A DNA stretch of 64,000 bases from Macrostomum lignano. Lineage: Eukaryota. Positions 62,955-64,000 of the stretch are shown piece after piece; position 1 is the stretch's first letter, and the number at the start of each line of letters is the position of its first letter. A program made the translations under genes and the position numbers. A model generated the notes under the pieces. It was not told the DNA's origin, made no database searches, and saw nothing but the letters and a program-made list of their open reading frames with translations. The stretch spans positions 1 to 64,000 of the forward strand of contig NIVC01000994.1 of NCBI GenBank assembly GCA_002269645.1, written 5' to 3'.

Positions 62955-64000
62955 CAAGTCGGGTAGACAGCAGATAGAAGAGAGTGAGGGAGATAGAGAG
63001 ATGCAGAGTGCCGAGTAGACAGGAGATAGAGAGATGCAGTGTGCCGGGTAGACAGGAGATAGAGAGAGATGCAGAGTGTCGAGTAGACAGGAGATAGAGA
63101 GAGATGCAGAGTGTCGGGTAGACAGGAGATAGAGAGAGATGCAGAGTGTCGGGTAGACAGGAGATAGAGAGAGATGCAGAGTGTCGGGTAGACAGGAGAT
63201 AGAGAGAGATGCAGAGTGTCGGGTAGACAGGAGATAGAGAGATGCAGAGTGTCGGGTAGACAGGAGATAGAGAGAGATGCAGAGTGTCGGGTAGACAGGA
63301 GATAGAGAGAGATGCAGAGTGTCGGGTAGACAGGAGATAGAGAGAGATGCAGAGTGTCGGGTAGACAGGAGATAGAGAGATGCAGAGTGTCGGGTAGACA
63401 GGAGATAGAGAGAGATGCAGAGTGTCGGGTAGACAGGAGATAGAGAGAGATGCAGAGTGTCGGGTAGACAGGAGATAGAGAGAGATGCAGAGTGTCGAGT
63501 AGACAGGAGATAGAGAGAGATGCAGAGTGTCGGGTAGACAGGAGATAGAGCGATGCAGAGTGCCGAGTAGACAGGAGATAGAGAGAGATGCAGAGTGTCG
63601 GGTAGACAGGAGATAGAGAGAGATGCCGAGTGTCGGGTAGACAGGAGATAGAGAGAGATGCCGAGTGTCGGGTAGACAGGAGATAGAGAGATGCAGGGTG
63701 TCGGGTAGACAGGAGATAGAGAGAGATGCAGAGTGTCGGGTAGACAGGAGATAGAGAGAGATGCCGAGTGTCGGGTAGACAGGAGATAGAGAGAGATGCC
63801 GAGTGTCGGGTAGACAGGAGATAGAGAGATGCAGGGTGTCGGGTAGACAGGAGATAGAGAGAGATGCAGAGTGTCGGGTAGACAGGAGATAGAGAGAGAT
63901 GCAGAGTGTCGGGTAGACAGGAGATAGATGCAGAGTGTCGGGTAGACATGAGATAGAGAGAGATGCAGAGTGCCGGGTAGACAGGAGATAGAGAGATGCA
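62955..64000. repeat. 33-35-bp array (GATGCAGAGTGTCGGGTAGACAGGAGATAGAGAGA)n, runs off the window
   Basis: Direct reading. Confidence 0.96.

Noticed and set aside
59933-63949. 317-417-aa ORFs at 59933-61186 and 62942-63949
   Set aside because: Translations of the 32-bp and 35-bp arrays.

Overview
Eukaryotic (metazoan) genomic DNA. GC-rich exons with poly-Ala/Gly/Pro tracts lie among a very high density of unrelated tandem arrays. This style is reminiscent of the free-living flatworm Macrostomum, but that is an inference and was not verified. Six protein-coding genes can be supported, with splice phases checked by hand: (1) the 3' part of an ELAV/Hu gene (+); (2) a cGAS-like/Mab-21 nucleotidyltransferase (cGLR-like, +, ~1319 aa) with a long C-terminal extension containing two coding VNTRs and one +1 frame break; (3) a short AGAP-type PH+ArfGAP gene (-); (4) trimethyllysine dioxygenase TMLHE (-); (5) an intronless rhodopsin-class GPCR (+); (6) Six3/6 (+). 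Mobile DNA comprises a 5'-truncated LOA/R1-group non-LTR retrotransposon inside a satellite with a 13-bp TSD, a second LINE 3' fragment, and a very young BEL/Pao LTR element (identical 284-bp LTRs, 5-bp TSD, tRNA-iMet PBS) with an in-frame deletion of most of RNase H and integrase. About 30 tandem arrays are present. Every well-supported intron longer than 400 bp carries one, usually close to a splice site. Most long ORFs in the supplied track are artefacts of these arrays. There are no CRISPR arrays and I recognised no rRNA or tRNA genes.
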